DNA of 64,000 nucleotides from a bacterium. GTDB taxonomy: Bacteria > SZUA-182 > DTGQ01 > JAFGSM01. Of the stretch, positions 18,600 through 30,183 are shown in pieces. Positions within the stretch are counted from its first letter, which is position 1. Each line of letters opens with the position of its first letter. The notes below the pieces were generated by a model. It saw only the letters and a list, made by a program, of their open reading frames with translations. It had not been told where the DNA came from and made no database searches. A program made the position numbers and the translations under genes. Location of the stretch: positions 77,608 to 141,607 of the forward strand of contig JBLIRO010000003.1 in the NCBI GenBank assembly GCA_049472335.1, in the 5' to 3' direction.

Positions 18600-19004
18600 T
18601 TACTCTTTTCCTTTCAGTTTTTCAATACAGGCATTGCTGGTCATAAGATGCTCCATTTCAGACAGATCATCGGGTTTGACCAGAACAAACCATCCATCTT
18701 CATAAGGACTCTGGTTTACAAGCTGGGGTGATTCCTCAAGCTCAGTATTCACTTCGACAATCTCACCGCTGACCGGTATATAACACTCAGCGGATGCCTT
18801 AACGGAATCCACGGTAGCGAATTCTTCTCCCTTTTTAAATGTCGCCCCGATTTCCGGCAGTCCCACGAAAACGATATCCCCCAACTGATCCTGTGCGTAA
18901 TCATCAAGTCCGACTCTTATTACATCACCTTCCAGCCTTGCCCATTCATGGTCTTCAGCATAACGAATATCATCGGGCATATTAAGCTCATTAATTGATT
19001 TCAT
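18600..19004 (-). CDS. gcvH: Glycine cleavage H protein
   Basis: HEW, YAQDQLGDIVFV, DSVKA lipoyl lysine, PYEDGW. Confidence 0.97.
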   Translation of the reverse strand: MKSINELNMPDDIRYAEDHEWARLEGDVIRVGLDDYAQDQLGDIVFVGLPEIGATFKKGEEFATVDSVKASAECYIPVSGEIVEVNTELEESPQLVNQSPYEDGWFVLVKPDDLSEMEHLMTSNACIEKLKGKE

Positions 19005-19019
19005 GATCCTTCCCCTCTC

Positions 19020-19213
19020 TTAAATACAGCTTCCTAATGTCACCTTTAACCTTTTAAGTTTCTCAAGACCCTCCAAATAACAGAGAATTGCTTCTTTAAT
19101 GTTTTCTAATGCCTCTTACTCATTACTACCCTGTGAAAACAACCTTTCAGTGCAGGTACAGAGATAATGAATCCTCCTTCTTCGGCAGGTTCCAATACGA
19201 CATTAAATACTAG
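19020..19213 (-). pseudogene. hicB: HicB-family antitoxin pseudogene
   Basis: Reads VFNVVLEPAEEGGFIISVPALKGCF / SQGSNE*EALENIKEAILCYLE with a 1-nt deletion near 19136-19139, a stop at 19116-19118, and no start codon after an AGGAG RBS. Confidence 0.85.
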
Positions 19214-19364
19214 TGCTAAACTCCTGATTTGAAGAATTGTATGTACTTATAGAACAAGCAAAAATTATACGTTAGATATCATTGAAAATCAAATATTATT
19301 CTTCTCTGAAAGACAGATTTGGAGATTGACAAAACTTTAATGAATAAAACTATACGGCCTTCAT

Positions 19365-19406
19365 TAAAAAAATACCCGGCCTTCTACAAGGCCGGGTATT
19401 TTTTTA
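19365..19406. terminator. Intrinsic terminator, potentially bidirectional, downstream of the 19434-20384 gene
   Basis: TAAAAAAATACCCGGCCT-loop-AGGCCGGGTATTTTTTTA. Confidence 0.85.
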
Positions 19407-19433
19407 ATATTAGAATAACTAAAATAAAAATAT

Positions 19434-20384
19434 TTAGTTTGGATAAAACCGAACCTGAAGCAATTTCACACCGTTATTATCAACATTCCATAAATAGGTA
19501 ACAAAGTCACCAATGTTGAATACCCATTCATCAATATATTCATTGCAATATGCAAGCGTGTAAGTATAGCCTTCAGGGCACATTGGTATTCCGGTGTTAG
19601 GATCCAAAACGGCATCAATGCACTCATCAAAGATTCCATCCGGGGGGTACGTTAAGTCAATACAACATAAATCCCTTATAGTCTGATATGTCTCCGGTTC
19701 GTTTAAATAGCAGACATCCCCGCTCCATAGAAAAAGTCCAGTAATATTAATAGCTTGGGATTTGCCTGTTTTACGTATAAAGTTTACATATGGTGTCTCA
19801 AATCCTCTATCCGTAACCAACCCCAGATAAACGAGATCATTCCCATCTTCATCCTCAACTGCTATCAGCTCAGGGGTTATACTAATATTGGGATCATTGG
19901 TTGGTTTTGCAAGGGCTCTGGCATATACCCTATAACCAGCCTCGTTCTTGGGCAATTGAAGGACAGCGCCGTCACCGTCAAACTCGGCACACGGATCAGT
20001 CACCTGCAGCTCAGGAATTACTTCAGCCTTCTTGCCTTTTCCGGACTCCATATAGATCTCAATTCCCTGTCCATTCTCGGGCACAAAAATGACATTGCCA
20101 TAAATGGGGATTTCCGTTTCCTCACAAATATCATATTCATTACAACTTTCCACAAGATCACCTATTTGATGAGCCCCACATCCGCAATAGGTGACTCTCA
20201 AGTAGTACTTTTGGGCCGGACAGTTAAAATTTGGCTTCTTGCCAATTATATTCAGGTTATAATGAGGGCCACTAGGAAATCCATTGGGATTTACTTCTTC
20301 ACCAGGTTTTACTGCCATAGAAATGCTTGCCAAAACTAATAAGACAAGTACTATCATTGCACTTACTTCAAATATCCTTTTCAC
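19434..20384 (-). CDS. Secreted cysteine-rich hypothetical protein
   Basis: Signal peptide (SMA-VK), many Cys, GFPSGPHYNLNIIGK, C-terminal LLQVRFYP; AGGAG RBS. Confidence 0.75.
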   Translation of the reverse strand: MKRIFEVSAMIVLVLLVLASISMAVKPGEEVNPNGFPSGPHYNLNIIGKKPNFNCPAQKYYLRVTYCGCGAHQIGDLVESCNEYDICEETEIPIYGNVIFVPENGQGIEIYMESGKGKKAEVIPELQVTDPCAEFDGDGAVLQLPKNEAGYRVYARALAKPTNDPNISITPELIAVEDEDGNDLVYLGLVTDRGFETPYVNFIRKTGKSQAINITGLFLWSGDVCYLNEPETYQTIRDLCCIDLTYPPDGIFDECIDAVLDPNTGIPMCPEGYTYTLAYCNEYIDEWVFNIGDFVTYLWNVDNNGVKLLQVRFYPN

Positions 20385-21228
20385 TGCTTACTCCTCTTTA
20401 TGGTGTGTCACTAAAGTTTAACTCTTCATCGAAAAACATATATTTCATATTAATAACAATGCATTTGGTTTTTCTGCTTATAAAAAGAGATCTTTCGACA
20501 CCATCCATCTTGATGAATTTCTTTTTAAAGTCAGTATGATATCTTGATAGAGCAATTATTATATATTTATCACCTTCTTTTTAATATTTTTTTGCCATTT
20601 ATTGATGGCTTTAAACAATAAAATTTTAAACAATCAACTTTCATCACCTCCTCAAAATTGACTATCAAAAAAAAATTCAATAAAGTTAAATATAAAATAA
20701 AAACAAAAGTGTCAGGATAATATAAAAAAGGTGTGAAAATTAGAATGTAAAAACAAATACTTATAAATATTATCAATTTTTAATTTTTTTTTCAAGAAAC
20801 AAGCATCCCAAAATCTGCTATCGATTTATCGAAGCCTATATTTTTTTTGATTCAAACTCCAAAAAATTGAGTTTGAAAAAAATTTAAAATTCAAAAAAAA
20901 TGCCAAAAGATATAGATCTTGATAATGTGTTGAAATTAATTATTATTTTAATAAGAAAATTTTTTTTTTGCTTATTTTAAATATTTTTTGTATTAATTTT
21001 ACTACATTAAGCATCAATGAAAGGAATTTAAGATTATAATAAATTTTTAAAAAAATAATATAAACATTGAATTATTTCATAAAATTAGCTTTGTATGGTT
21101 TTTCCTTCTTTTTTTGTAATTTTCCCTGCAAAGCAGAAAATATATGTTCTTTCAAAAATATTCTTAACTTGCCGGAATCCAGAAATCAGGAATTATTATT
21201 GTTTCTATTTAGCATTAAATTAATTCTA

Positions 21229-22317
21229 TTAAGATGGCATACAATCAATCCGTGATCCTGCAAATTTATGGATTTCAGATCCCAAATGATCAAGAGAAAC
21301 CATCCTGTCCACGCAACCGGTAAGATATGCCGCCTTTGGCATACCGAACACCACACAGGTTTCCTCATTCTGGGCAAGTATGGTGCCGCCCTTCTGTTTT
21401 ATGGCCTTAACTCCTTCGGAACCATCATGGCCCATTCCGGTCATTATAATTCCCAATATCTTTCCTTCCCAGGTATCCGCAATGGATTTCATCATTACGT
21501 CAACTGAAGGACGGTGAGGATAATCAAAAGGATCTTTGCTAATGACAGTACGATACTTATCCCTGGAACGTCGAAGCTTTAGATGATATCCACCCGGGGC
21601 TATATAAATATTTCCCGGAAGGATGATATCACCTTCCTCAGCTTCCTTAACCGTCATTGAACATTGTCGATTCATTCGTTCAGCCAGAGAGTGTGTAAAA
21701 CCTACCGGCATGTGCTGGACCACCAGGATAGCCCCAGGATAGTCCCCGGGGATTGAAGACAGGACCCTGTCCAGCGACATGGGCCCCCCCGTGGATGTGC
21801 CTATGGCAACTATATGTGAAGGATTCTCATCCTTCGCCTTAACATCTGATGTATTCGGGCTAAAAATAACAGCTTTGGCAGAAGGCTTCGATTCAACGAC
21901 CTTTTTCAGGTCAACTCCGGCTATTACCTTTACCTTTTGAACAAGTGAATCTCCGATATCCAGTATATCCATGGTAGTGCCACATGAGGATTTATCTATA
22001 AAGTCAACAGCACCCATCTCCAAGGCCCGGAGTGTGATTTCTCCACCCTCGCTGGTCAGTGAGCTTACCATGAGCACCGGAGTCGGATTTTCGATCATAA
22101 TCCGTTCAAGGGCCGCTAAACCATCCATATCAGGCATCTTGACATCTAGTGTTACTACATCGGGGTTAAGTTTTTTTAACAGTTCCAGGGCTTCCATTCC
22201 ATCCCTTGCCTCTCCCAGCACCTCTATCATGGGGTCCGAACCAAGCATTCGCTTCATGGCCTTTCGAATGAAAGCCGAATCATCAACGATTAATACTGAT
22301 ACCTTTTTCATAGGCAT
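21229..22317 (-). CDS. cheB: Chemotaxis methylesterase response regulator
   Basis: Receiver (LDVKMP) plus GTSTGGP, QHMP, TGMGHDG. Confidence 0.97.
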   Translation of the reverse strand: MPMKKVSVLIVDDSAFIRKAMKRMLGSDPMIEVLGEARDGMEALELLKKLNPDVVTLDVKMPDMDGLAALERIMIENPTPVLMVSSLTSEGGEITLRALEMGAVDFIDKSSCGTTMDILDIGDSLVQKVKVIAGVDLKKVVESKPSAKAVIFSPNTSDVKAKDENPSHIVAIGTSTGGPMSLDRVLSSIPGDYPGAILVVQHMPVGFTHSLAERMNRQCSMTVKEAEEGDIILPGNIYIAPGGYHLKLRRSRDKYRTVISKDPFDYPHRPSVDVMMKSIADTWEGKILGIIMTGMGHDGSEGVKAIKQKGGTILAQNEETCVVFGMPKAAYLTGCVDRMVSLDHLGSEIHKFAGSRIDCMPS

Positions 22318-22320
22318 ATG

Positions 22321-23160
22321 CTATTGTTCTCTTTTCTTATATATAATAGTCCCGGGAAATCGCCTTGTTTCAAATCCGTCAAAGACTCCTGACAGATTTT
22401 CCGAATGGCCGAGCATAAGATAGGCGCCTGGCCGAAGCGCCATATGAAAATTCTTTATCGCGGTTTTCAATTTTTCGTCTGAGAAATAAATAAGAACATT
22501 CCTGCAAAATATTGCATCAATGTCACCTATAGTAATCTGGTCCGTAATATTGCCTGAGACAAATGAAGTCATTCTCTTTATGCTGTCTTTAACAATAAAA
22601 TCACCTGAATTTGATGTAAAAAATCTTCTTCTATATTCCGGATCCGTCAATCTGAACGAGCGTTCATAATATATTCCTTCCCTTGCGGCTTTAATGGCTC
22701 TTTCATTAACATCCATACCTATGATTCCCACATCCCAGCCCCAGAAAAAAATGCCACTGTCAAAAATCATTATGGCCAGAGTATATACTTCCTCACCTGT
22801 GGAACATCCTGCGGATAATATTCTTATGTTTTTTTCGTTCCTGGTCATCTTTTCCTTTCTCAGCTCAGGAAGCAAAAAATCCCTAAAAACGTTTAATTGT
22901 GGCAATTCTCTGAAGAAGTATGTTTCTGTGTTCGTCAATAATGAAATCATTCTTCTGGATTCTTTTTCACTTTCCGGACCATATTTTAAAAATTGAATAT
23001 ATTCGCTGAACGACTTTAATCCAAGGCTTATAAACCTTGGATTAAGTTTCATTTTGATAAAGGAGCGCTTTTCATCTTTGAAATATATACCATATTTATC
23101 ATGGATAAAATCCTGGATAATCCGAAAATCTTCTTCGGTTAGATCGAAAGGGGCAATCAA
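22321..23160 (-). CDS. cheR: Chemotaxis methyltransferase
   Basis: ETYFFRE, SAGCSTGEE, FCRNVLIYF, LGHSE. Confidence 0.95.
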   Translation of the reverse strand: MIAPFDLTEEDFRIIQDFIHDKYGIYFKDEKRSFIKMKLNPRFISLGLKSFSEYIQFLKYGPESEKESRRMISLLTNTETYFFRELPQLNVFRDFLLPELRKEKMTRNEKNIRILSAGCSTGEEVYTLAIMIFDSGIFFWGWDVGIIGMDVNERAIKAAREGIYYERSFRLTDPEYRRRFFTSNSGDFIVKDSIKRMTSFVSGNITDQITIGDIDAIFCRNVLIYFSDEKLKTAIKNFHMALRPGAYLMLGHSENLSGVFDGFETRRFPGTIIYKKREQ

Positions 23161-25178
23161 TTCGTAGTCTCAAATTTTTTCAGGGCAACACAGGCTTCCT
23201 TCCTGACCTCTTCGTTTGGATCTTCTTTCCAGGCCCTATTTAGAATAGAAGCCGCTTTTTTGTCTTTCAATTTTCCCAGCACCTTTACCGCAAGCAGGCG
23301 GACTTCGAAAAATTCCTCCTCATCAATAATTTTTTCCAATAAATCAAGAAGATAAGACTCATCAACATTGCATAGTAAATTAATGAGAAGACATTTTATC
23401 CGCGCATTGGACAATTCAAAAAAGTCGTAGAAAAAATTGAAATCAGGAATGCCCAGTTTTTCAATGGTCTTGAGCACTTCATTTTGAAGATTCTCATCAA
23501 GAGTCAACGGTAAAAGCAAATTGACCATATCCTTACATAAAGTATCGCCTATCTTCCCCAAAATCTCTAATGTAGCAAGCTTGACAGCCTGATCAGGGTT
23601 TTTGAGCATCAAGAGGAGGGTATCCTTCAGGTCTTCTCCCGCCCCGTCTTTAATACATCCGGCAACTGCCTGCCTTATTTTATAATTTTTTTCCCTAATT
23701 CCCTTAGTAAGGACTTCCTGAAGAAACTGATCAGCCCTGATCGCGCTTAGGGATTTATATGCCAGGGACCCTATTTCGTCATTTTTATCATTAACAAGGG
23801 CCTGCAATGATTCACAGGCTTGTAAACTCTTTGCACGACCCAATATCCGGATGGACAAGGATTTTTTTAAATTATCCTCAGAGTTTAATTCATGGATAAG
23901 TTTAGTAATCAGGCGTTTTGAAGACAACTTTCCCAGGATCTCAACCAACGCTTCCTGAATGTCGGGATCCGGGTCGGATAGAAGTCCCAGCAGGGCATCT
24001 TCAACTTCCTTCATATCCAGATTATTGGATATGGCCATCATGGCATGATATCTTACTTCACTGTTTTTGCTTTCTAATAAGGGAATACAGGCAGCAACTC
24101 CTTCAATGTCGCCTATCCAGTAGATGCATTGAATCAGCGATATCTGGATCTTAGGATCAGAATTTTGAAGCTTATTTATCAACTCCGGTAAGGCCTTGAC
24201 CCCTATCGACACTAAGGAACCTACTACATATTCTTCCAAATCATAATCATCTATGAGGTCTAACAGATCTTCAACCGCCTTTTTTTCTTTAAGCCACCCG
24301 AGTGCTATTATTGCGTTCTTTTTTACTTCGTGATCCTTGTCCTTCAATGAATCTAGCAAATGATTTATCAGCTCGTCATTATTCAATACATTTTTGATAC
24401 TCGGAAGGCATGCACCATCCGGTTTAGCCATACGCTGAATATTCACCAAAGAGGCAATCATATCATTTCGTAATGAAGGATCATTATTGTGAAAAAGCAT
24501 ATCTGACATAACAGGAATTACTGACACATCACCGATATTTCCCAGAGCTTCTATTACCGCATCTCTTAGCTTTTCATCATTGAGCAGTTTTATTAGATGT
24601 TTGATCGCTGAACGGTCGCCTATATTACCCAATGCCATTATAGCCGGATATTGTATCCAATAATCCTGTGACAGGCAATTAATAAGAGGTTCCACCGCCC
24701 TTATATCCCCTATCTTGCCCAGGCTTTCTATAGATGCATGCCTGACGTTTTCATTGGAATCCGTGAGCGCTTCTATCAGATCATCTACAGCCATAGGATC
24801 CTTAATCTCTCCTAATATGCTTGCGCTAAAAATCCTTACGTCTTGATCCTGATCCTTAAGCAGTCTGAGCAAAAAAGACGTGGCTTTATTGCCGAAACGG
24901 GGGAAGGCTTCCATGGCTGCGGTACGAAGACTTGCATTTTCCTGATTCCGCAACAAATCCTCCAGTCTGGGAAATATTACTTCATGCGAAAAGGCGCAGA
25001 TGCCGTTTAAGGCTTCTTCACGGATTCGATTACTTGTATCACCAAATGCCTGTATCAAAAGAGGAACAACCTCCACCGAATCAATCCTTGCCAACTCCTT
25101 AACCATTGAATAACGTGTCTGCTCAGAATCGGCAGATAATTTGTCTACAGCGGTCCTTAATAATGTTTGATCATTCAT
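23157..25178 (-). CDS. HEAT-repeat protein of the chemosensory cluster
   Basis: Repeated VRxxAxxxLGxIGDxxAVxxL units; probable start MNDQ at 25178. Confidence 0.9.
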   Translation of the reverse strand: MNDQTLLRTAVDKLSADSEQTRYSMVKELARIDSVEVVPLLIQAFGDTSNRIREEALNGICAFSHEVIFPRLEDLLRNQENASLRTAAMEAFPRFGNKATSFLLRLLKDQDQDVRIFSASILGEIKDPMAVDDLIEALTDSNENVRHASIESLGKIGDIRAVEPLINCLSQDYWIQYPAIMALGNIGDRSAIKHLIKLLNDEKLRDAVIEALGNIGDVSVIPVMSDMLFHNNDPSLRNDMIASLVNIQRMAKPDGACLPSIKNVLNNDELINHLLDSLKDKDHEVKKNAIIALGWLKEKKAVEDLLDLIDDYDLEEYVVGSLVSIGVKALPELINKLQNSDPKIQISLIQCIYWIGDIEGVAACIPLLESKNSEVRYHAMMAISNNLDMKEVEDALLGLLSDPDPDIQEALVEILGKLSSKRLITKLIHELNSEDNLKKSLSIRILGRAKSLQACESLQALVNDKNDEIGSLAYKSLSAIRADQFLQEVLTKGIREKNYKIRQAVAGCIKDGAGEDLKDTLLLMLKNPDQAVKLATLEILGKIGDTLCKDMVNLLLPLTLDENLQNEVLKTIEKLGIPDFNFFYDFFELSNARIKCLLINLLCNVDESYLLDLLEKIIDEEEFFEVRLLAVKVLGKLKDKKAASILNRAWKEDPNEEVRKEACVALKKFETTN

Positions 25179-26121
25179 CTTCTCTTCTCTCTCCGGCTGT
25201 TTTCTTGATATCAGGTTTTTGATAAAAATATGCCCCTCTAAGCTCCAATGTTTCGAAACTATGTTTATATATTCGGAGAAACTCAGTGTCTCCTGTAAAA
25301 AGATAACCGCCTGGCTTAATACAGGCGTAAAGATTGTCAACAAGTTTCTGCTGTGCCAGAAAATCAAAATAGATCATGACGTTCCTGCAGAAGATTATGT
25401 CAAAATATTCAAAAATATCGCGCCCCTCTTGATTATAATTTAATTTTATAAATATATTTTTATTACTTTTTATCGGGTTAAGATTTGACAGATTGAAGAT
25501 TCGAAAGGATATTCTCTCAGAAAGTTCATTAAGAATTATAGCTCCATTGCTGACCATTCTCATATATTTTTTCTGATAAGAAACCGGGATATTTTTTAAG
25601 ATACGTTTTTCGTAAAAGCCTTCACTGGCACTGTCTATTGCATCTTTACTGATATCTGTGGCCAGCAATTCAATTTCCCAGGCCCTTGGATATTTCAGAG
25701 TATCCATAAGTATCATTGCAATCGAATAGGGCTCTTCTCCGGTTGAACAACCTGCGCTCCAGATTCGAAAAGGCAATTTATAATTCCCTGACCAGCCTTC
25801 TTCCATTATTAATTTTTGAGTCTCTTTTGAAAGCCTATCCTCGATCCGTGGAATTACATACTCCGCTAATGCCTTAAATTGATTAGGAAGACGAAAAAAA
25901 TGCGTTTCTTTAGTAGTAATATTTCCTATTAGTGCGTCAAGCTCACCAAAATCCCTTTGCAACAACAGGATATATTCTTCACAGGAACTTAAGGCCCTGG
26001 ATTTAATCCTTTTCAGAATTTGCCCCTCAAGGCTTTTCAGACGGGACAGCGGTAACCGAAGTGAAGACTTTCTATATATCAAGTCCTGGAAATTATTAAG
26101 CATTTGCGAACTAACGTGCAT
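25171..26121 (-). CDS. cheR: Second chemotaxis methyltransferase
   Basis: ETHFFR, WSAGCSTGEE, FCRNVMIYF; start at 26121 follows an AGGAG RBS. Confidence 0.93.
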   Translation of the reverse strand: MHVSSQMLNNFQDLIYRKSSLRLPLSRLKSLEGQILKRIKSRALSSCEEYILLLQRDFGELDALIGNITTKETHFFRLPNQFKALAEYVIPRIEDRLSKETQKLIMEEGWSGNYKLPFRIWSAGCSTGEEPYSIAMILMDTLKYPRAWEIELLATDISKDAIDSASEGFYEKRILKNIPVSYQKKYMRMVSNGAIILNELSERISFRIFNLSNLNPIKSNKNIFIKLNYNQEGRDIFEYFDIIFCRNVMIYFDFLAQQKLVDNLYACIKPGGYLFTGDTEFLRIYKHSFETLELRGAYFYQKPDIKKTAGERREDE

Positions 26122-26617
26122 TACCGGCTGTCTCCTGCTTATGGGATTTTTCAAAATCATTGAGGGCCCTTCTTTCCCTATGGCTCAGTATTCGCTCCGG
26201 TGAAATAATAATTATCAATCCTTCTTCGGTCTTTGCAATGCGTTCGATACATGATCTTTCCACGTCTACCGCCACCGTCGAAGGAAGGGCCTCATAATCT
26301 TTGGCTTCCAGTTTAAGGACCCTGGAAATATCATCCACAACAACACCCAATAATCGGCAATCAAGATCCAAAATAACGATCCTTTGACTATATCCTCCGT
26401 TTTCCTTTATCCCTAAACGCTTTTTAAGGTTTATCACCGGAATTATCTGATCTCGAACATCTATAACTCCTTCAACAAACCTCGGGGCTTTGGGAATCGA
26501 GCTGATCTTTTGTGAATGAATCACCTCCCGTATCTTGAATATATCTATCCCAAAGGTTTCCTTGTCTAGCCGGAAAGTGACCAATTGGGTCATGTCATCC
26601 GATTTCCTGTTTTCCAT
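26111..26617 (-). CDS. cheW: CheW adaptor
   Basis: QLVTFRL...FGIDI...VEGVIDVRDQIIPVINL. Confidence 0.93.
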   Translation of the reverse strand: MENRKSDDMTQLVTFRLDKETFGIDIFKIREVIHSQKISSIPKAPRFVEGVIDVRDQIIPVINLKKRLGIKENGGYSQRIVILDLDCRLLGVVVDDISRVLKLEAKDYEALPSTVAVDVERSCIERIAKTEEGLIIIISPERILSHRERRALNDFEKSHKQETAGNAR

Positions 26618-26687
26618 TCTTATTTTTCGTCTATAATCGTAAAGTCATACTGGTTTCAGATGGATTATAAAACGGTCCCATGTAATC

Positions 26688-29486
26688 TTAATTAGTTTTG
26701 AATGCCTGAACCATTTCCTGCAATCCCTCCGATTGTTGCGCCATATTCTTTGCAGACCTTGAAAGCTGTTCCACTGCCGAAAGATTTCCTTTGGCGATAT
26801 CACTTATATTTTCAACTGCCTTGACTACATTCTCTCCGCCTTTCTTCTGCTCCATGGTGGCGTTCTTTACCTGTTCGGTCAATTGGCTCATGGCCTCCGA
26901 GGCTTTTACTACCTGCTTGATTCCCGCTGCCTGTTCATTTGTGGATTGTGTAACGGACTGGGTGAGCTTGTTCATTTCCTCTATGGCTCCAATAACACTT
27001 TTGGCGGCAGTGGATTGCTCAGAAGTCGCCGCTGAAATCTCCTGCATTATATTCGATGTCGCCTTTACTGCCTCAGTGATTTTGGAGATGGCTGATCCGG
27101 CCTGATCTGCCATAACGATTCCCTCTTTAGAGCTATTAGCTCCATCATCGGTTGCCTTAACCGCTGAAGATGTCTCCGACTGCACCTCTTTTATCACATC
27201 GCCTATTTCCTTGGTAGCTTTAACTGACCGTTCTGCAAGCTTTCTAACCTCATCTGCCACTACGGCAAAGCCCTGACCCGCTTCACCGGCACGAGCAGCC
27301 TCAATGGCCGCATTTAATGCAAGAAGATTCGTTTGATCGGCAATCTCTTCGATAACCTTAACAATAGAGCCTATGGCTTCCGATCGTTTGCCCAGATTCT
27401 GAATAACGCCGGAGATGTTCTCCATCATATCACCGATAATCTTCATGCCTTCCACCATCTTCAAGACAGCTTCAGCGCCATTGGTGGCCTCATTGCTGGC
27501 CAGGGTGGAAAGTTTATCGGCTTCATTGACATTAGTGGCTGTTTTTTCAAGCATTACAATCATCTGCTCAATGCTTGAGCTTGTTTCCGATACATTGCCG
27601 GCCATGGTTTCAGCCATCTTGGCAACCGCCTCTGAAGTGGTTCCCATCTGTTGAATGGAGCTTGTTGTTTCATCCACATTGCTGGCCAATCCTTCAGCAT
27701 TCCTGGCCACATTCATAATCTGTACTGACATCTCCTCCATTGTGGAACCCGTTTCATCAGCAGCACTTGCCTGATTCTGTGCCCCCTTCGTTATCTGATC
27801 GGTAGCTGCGCTTATCTGCTCTCCCGTTACCGCCACATTACTTGCGGCATCACGAATACGTACTACCATTTCCCTGATCTTGGTCACTGCGAGATTGATG
27901 TTGTCAATTATCAATCCAATCTCATCTTCCTGATTTTTATCAAGCCTGATCGTAAGATCGCCGTTTGCAAATTTTGCCATTACATCACTGATCTCCCTGG
28001 CACTTTTCTCCAGGTAGTTCTGTTGTTCTTTTATAGCTGAAATATTAGTAACATATTCGAGAGCGCCAATGATATTTCCATCTTTATCCTTCATGGACGC
28101 AGCAGTATACTGGATAAAAATATCACCTGCGCCCCGGGAAATGGTTTCACCCATGAATAACCCGTCTTTTTCCATTGCCTGACGACATCTGCATTCATTG
28201 CTATTACAATGATCAGTGTCGAAAAGGTTATAGCATTTCTGGCCCACGCAGGCGTCAACGGTCTTGCCTATTGCCTTGGCACCGGCTTCATTCATAAAAG
28301 TAACTTCATAGTTTTTATCTATCACCAATACCGGTGTAGGCACTTTATTCAGATAATCCACCTTTTGATTGATATCATCTATCGCATTGCGTAAGGATAC
28401 CAACATACCGTTTAGGGCATCTCCAAGGTCGCGTGTCTCGTCCTTTGTATCTATCTCAACCTTTTTGGACAAATCGCCATTCGCAATCCTTTGCGCGAAT
28501 TCAACACACAGGGCTATAGGCTTGGTAATCCCTTTAGTCAGAAAAAGACCGATCCCGATCGCTGCTATAAAAGCGATTGTGGTGATCACTATAAGCAGAT
28601 TTTGTGAGGCCTTTTTCACCCTCTGGGCGGAGACAATGGATTGATTCATGCCTTTTATTGCCTCATGCGAAATTTTATCGGCCAAGCCCATAAGTCCTTC
28701 GCTTACTTCATCAACATCATGCATGAGGGAATTGGTAGTTTCTGCTTTTTCATGGTATTTTTTGTAAAGCTCTATGGTTTCTTTACCTAGCTGGGTGACC
28801 TTGGTATGTAATGTCTTAACGGTTTGGTATTTAGGATCAGAACAAACTATATTATATGCTTCTTCAAAGGCTTCTATTTCTTCATTTTCTCCGGTTATTA
28901 AGTAGTCATTTACAGCCATTACCTGAGCCCAGAGAGAGGTTATAGTATCAACTGAAAGGTTCTGTGTTCTTGCGTTTTGAATAAGCTCATCAGCCAGTGA
29001 ATCCATTTCCTCCATCTTCGCTCCGGATTGGGGCTTCAATTCCAGGGACTCCCTGTGGGTTTTCATGAGCTTATCAGCATTATCATTTAATTTTCCAACA
29101 ATAGTCAGGATTTCTTTTGAAACCGATGCTATCTGAGACTCCGAAGCCAATGCATGAATATTTAAATCTTCATTACCCGAAATCAATGCCTGAGTCCGGG
29201 TCTCTATCGCCTTGATTGTATTACCAAACTCATTATTAATCTTATCCAGTTCCTCAAGCTCATTTGTACCCTTAAGGAGGTATTCTGCCATGGCATCTCT
29301 GGCAACGACCGAATACGCTTTCAAATTGAGTGTTTCCCTTACTATTGGAACCTCTTCATTTATTACTTTGTCCGCAGCCTTGCTGATTCGTTTCATTGCC
29401 GATATACCCAGACCTCCCGCGATTGCCACTAAAAGAGAAACAATAAAAAATCCTCCAATAAGCTTCGTTCCTATTTTAAGCTTCAT
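26688..29486 (-). CDS. Methyl-accepting chemotaxis protein (two TM, HAMP, PAS, HAMP, long signalling domain)
   Basis: [38 protein letters not shown] hairpin; two hydrophobic segments; PTPVLVID...FMNEA PAS start. Confidence 0.96.
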   Translation of the reverse strand: MKLKIGTKLIGGFFIVSLLVAIAGGLGISAMKRISKAADKVINEEVPIVRETLNLKAYSVVARDAMAEYLLKGTNELEELDKINNEFGNTIKAIETRTQALISGNEDLNIHALASESQIASVSKEILTIVGKLNDNADKLMKTHRESLELKPQSGAKMEEMDSLADELIQNARTQNLSVDTITSLWAQVMAVNDYLITGENEEIEAFEEAYNIVCSDPKYQTVKTLHTKVTQLGKETIELYKKYHEKAETTNSLMHDVDEVSEGLMGLADKISHEAIKGMNQSIVSAQRVKKASQNLLIVITTIAFIAAIGIGLFLTKGITKPIALCVEFAQRIANGDLSKKVEIDTKDETRDLGDALNGMLVSLRNAIDDINQKVDYLNKVPTPVLVIDKNYEVTFMNEAGAKAIGKTVDACVGQKCYNLFDTDHCNSNECRCRQAMEKDGLFMGETISRGAGDIFIQYTAASMKDKDGNIIGALEYVTNISAIKEQQNYLEKSAREISDVMAKFANGDLTIRLDKNQEDEIGLIIDNINLAVTKIREMVVRIRDAASNVAVTGEQISAATDQITKGAQNQASAADETGSTMEEMSVQIMNVARNAEGLASNVDETTSSIQQMGTTSEAVAKMAETMAGNVSETSSSIEQMIVMLEKTATNVNEADKLSTLASNEATNGAEAVLKMVEGMKIIGDMMENISGVIQNLGKRSEAIGSIVKVIEEIADQTNLLALNAAIEAARAGEAGQGFAVVADEVRKLAERSVKATKEIGDVIKEVQSETSSAVKATDDGANSSKEGIVMADQAGSAISKITEAVKATSNIMQEISAATSEQSTAAKSVIGAIEEMNKLTQSVTQSTNEQAAGIKQVVKASEAMSQLTEQVKNATMEQKKGGENVVKAVENISDIAKGNLSAVEQLSRSAKNMAQQSEGLQEMVQAFKTN

Positions 29487-29507
29487 CTTTTCTGTCTCCT
29501 CTTTTTC

Positions 29508-30095
29508 TTAATTACATTCCTTAACGATGATCTTTTCCAGATCGAGCATGATGATCATTCTCTCATCTATCTTGCCTACACCCTTGATATAGCTTTCCTG
29601 CACCTGAACCACTTCATCCGGGGCATTGTCTATCTGTTCGGTCGTGATATTAAGAACCTGAGCCACCCTGTCAACCATCAATCCCATTACCTTTGGTCCA
29701 TTTTCAACCACCACTATCCTGCTGTTTCCGTCTACCACGGCTTCACCCAGGCTGAGCCTTTTCTTAAGCTCTATCACAGGTATGATCTTCCCCCGCAGAT
29801 TCATTACCCCTTTAACGTGTTCCGGAGAGTTAGGCACCCGGGTTATTTCTCCTATGCGCATTATTTCCTGGACTTGGGATATTGGAAGGGCATATTCTTC
29901 ACCCTCGAGGAAAAAAGTGACATATTTCATCATTCCATCATTATGAAATAACGTCTTTTCACTCTCGCTTGATTTTTCCCGAGCCCCGGAGATCCTTTCC
30001 TGATTAAAAAAATCAGGCCCCAACACATCTTCGGCTAATCCAGATGATGGCAAGGATTTTGAAAGTCCTGTACTTTTTCTCTCATTTTTTCCCAT
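29508..30095 (-). CDS. cheW: CheW adaptor with N-terminal extension
   Basis: YVTFFL...YALPI...GVMNLRGKIIPVI. Confidence 0.93.
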   Translation of the reverse strand: MGKNERKSTGLSKSLPSSGLAEDVLGPDFFNQERISGAREKSSESEKTLFHNDGMMKYVTFFLEGEEYALPISQVQEIMRIGEITRVPNSPEHVKGVMNLRGKIIPVIELKKRLSLGEAVVDGNSRIVVVENGPKVMGLMVDRVAQVLNITTEQIDNAPDEVVQVQESYIKGVGKIDERMIIMLDLEKIIVKECN

Positions 30096-30183
30096 AAATT
30101 TCTCCTCTAATGTATATTTTCATTTTGCACCAATGCAATCAATAAAACTTGTCTTGTTTTTTTAGTTTTCGTCAACAAAACAG

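Noticed and set aside
25179..25367. Long N-terminal extensions in the ORF track (HEAT gene here; also gcvPB, the flavoprotein, cheY, the second cheR and tupA)
   Set aside because: They overlap upstream genes or lack an RBS; downstream ATGs with an RBS or stop-start coupling fit better.
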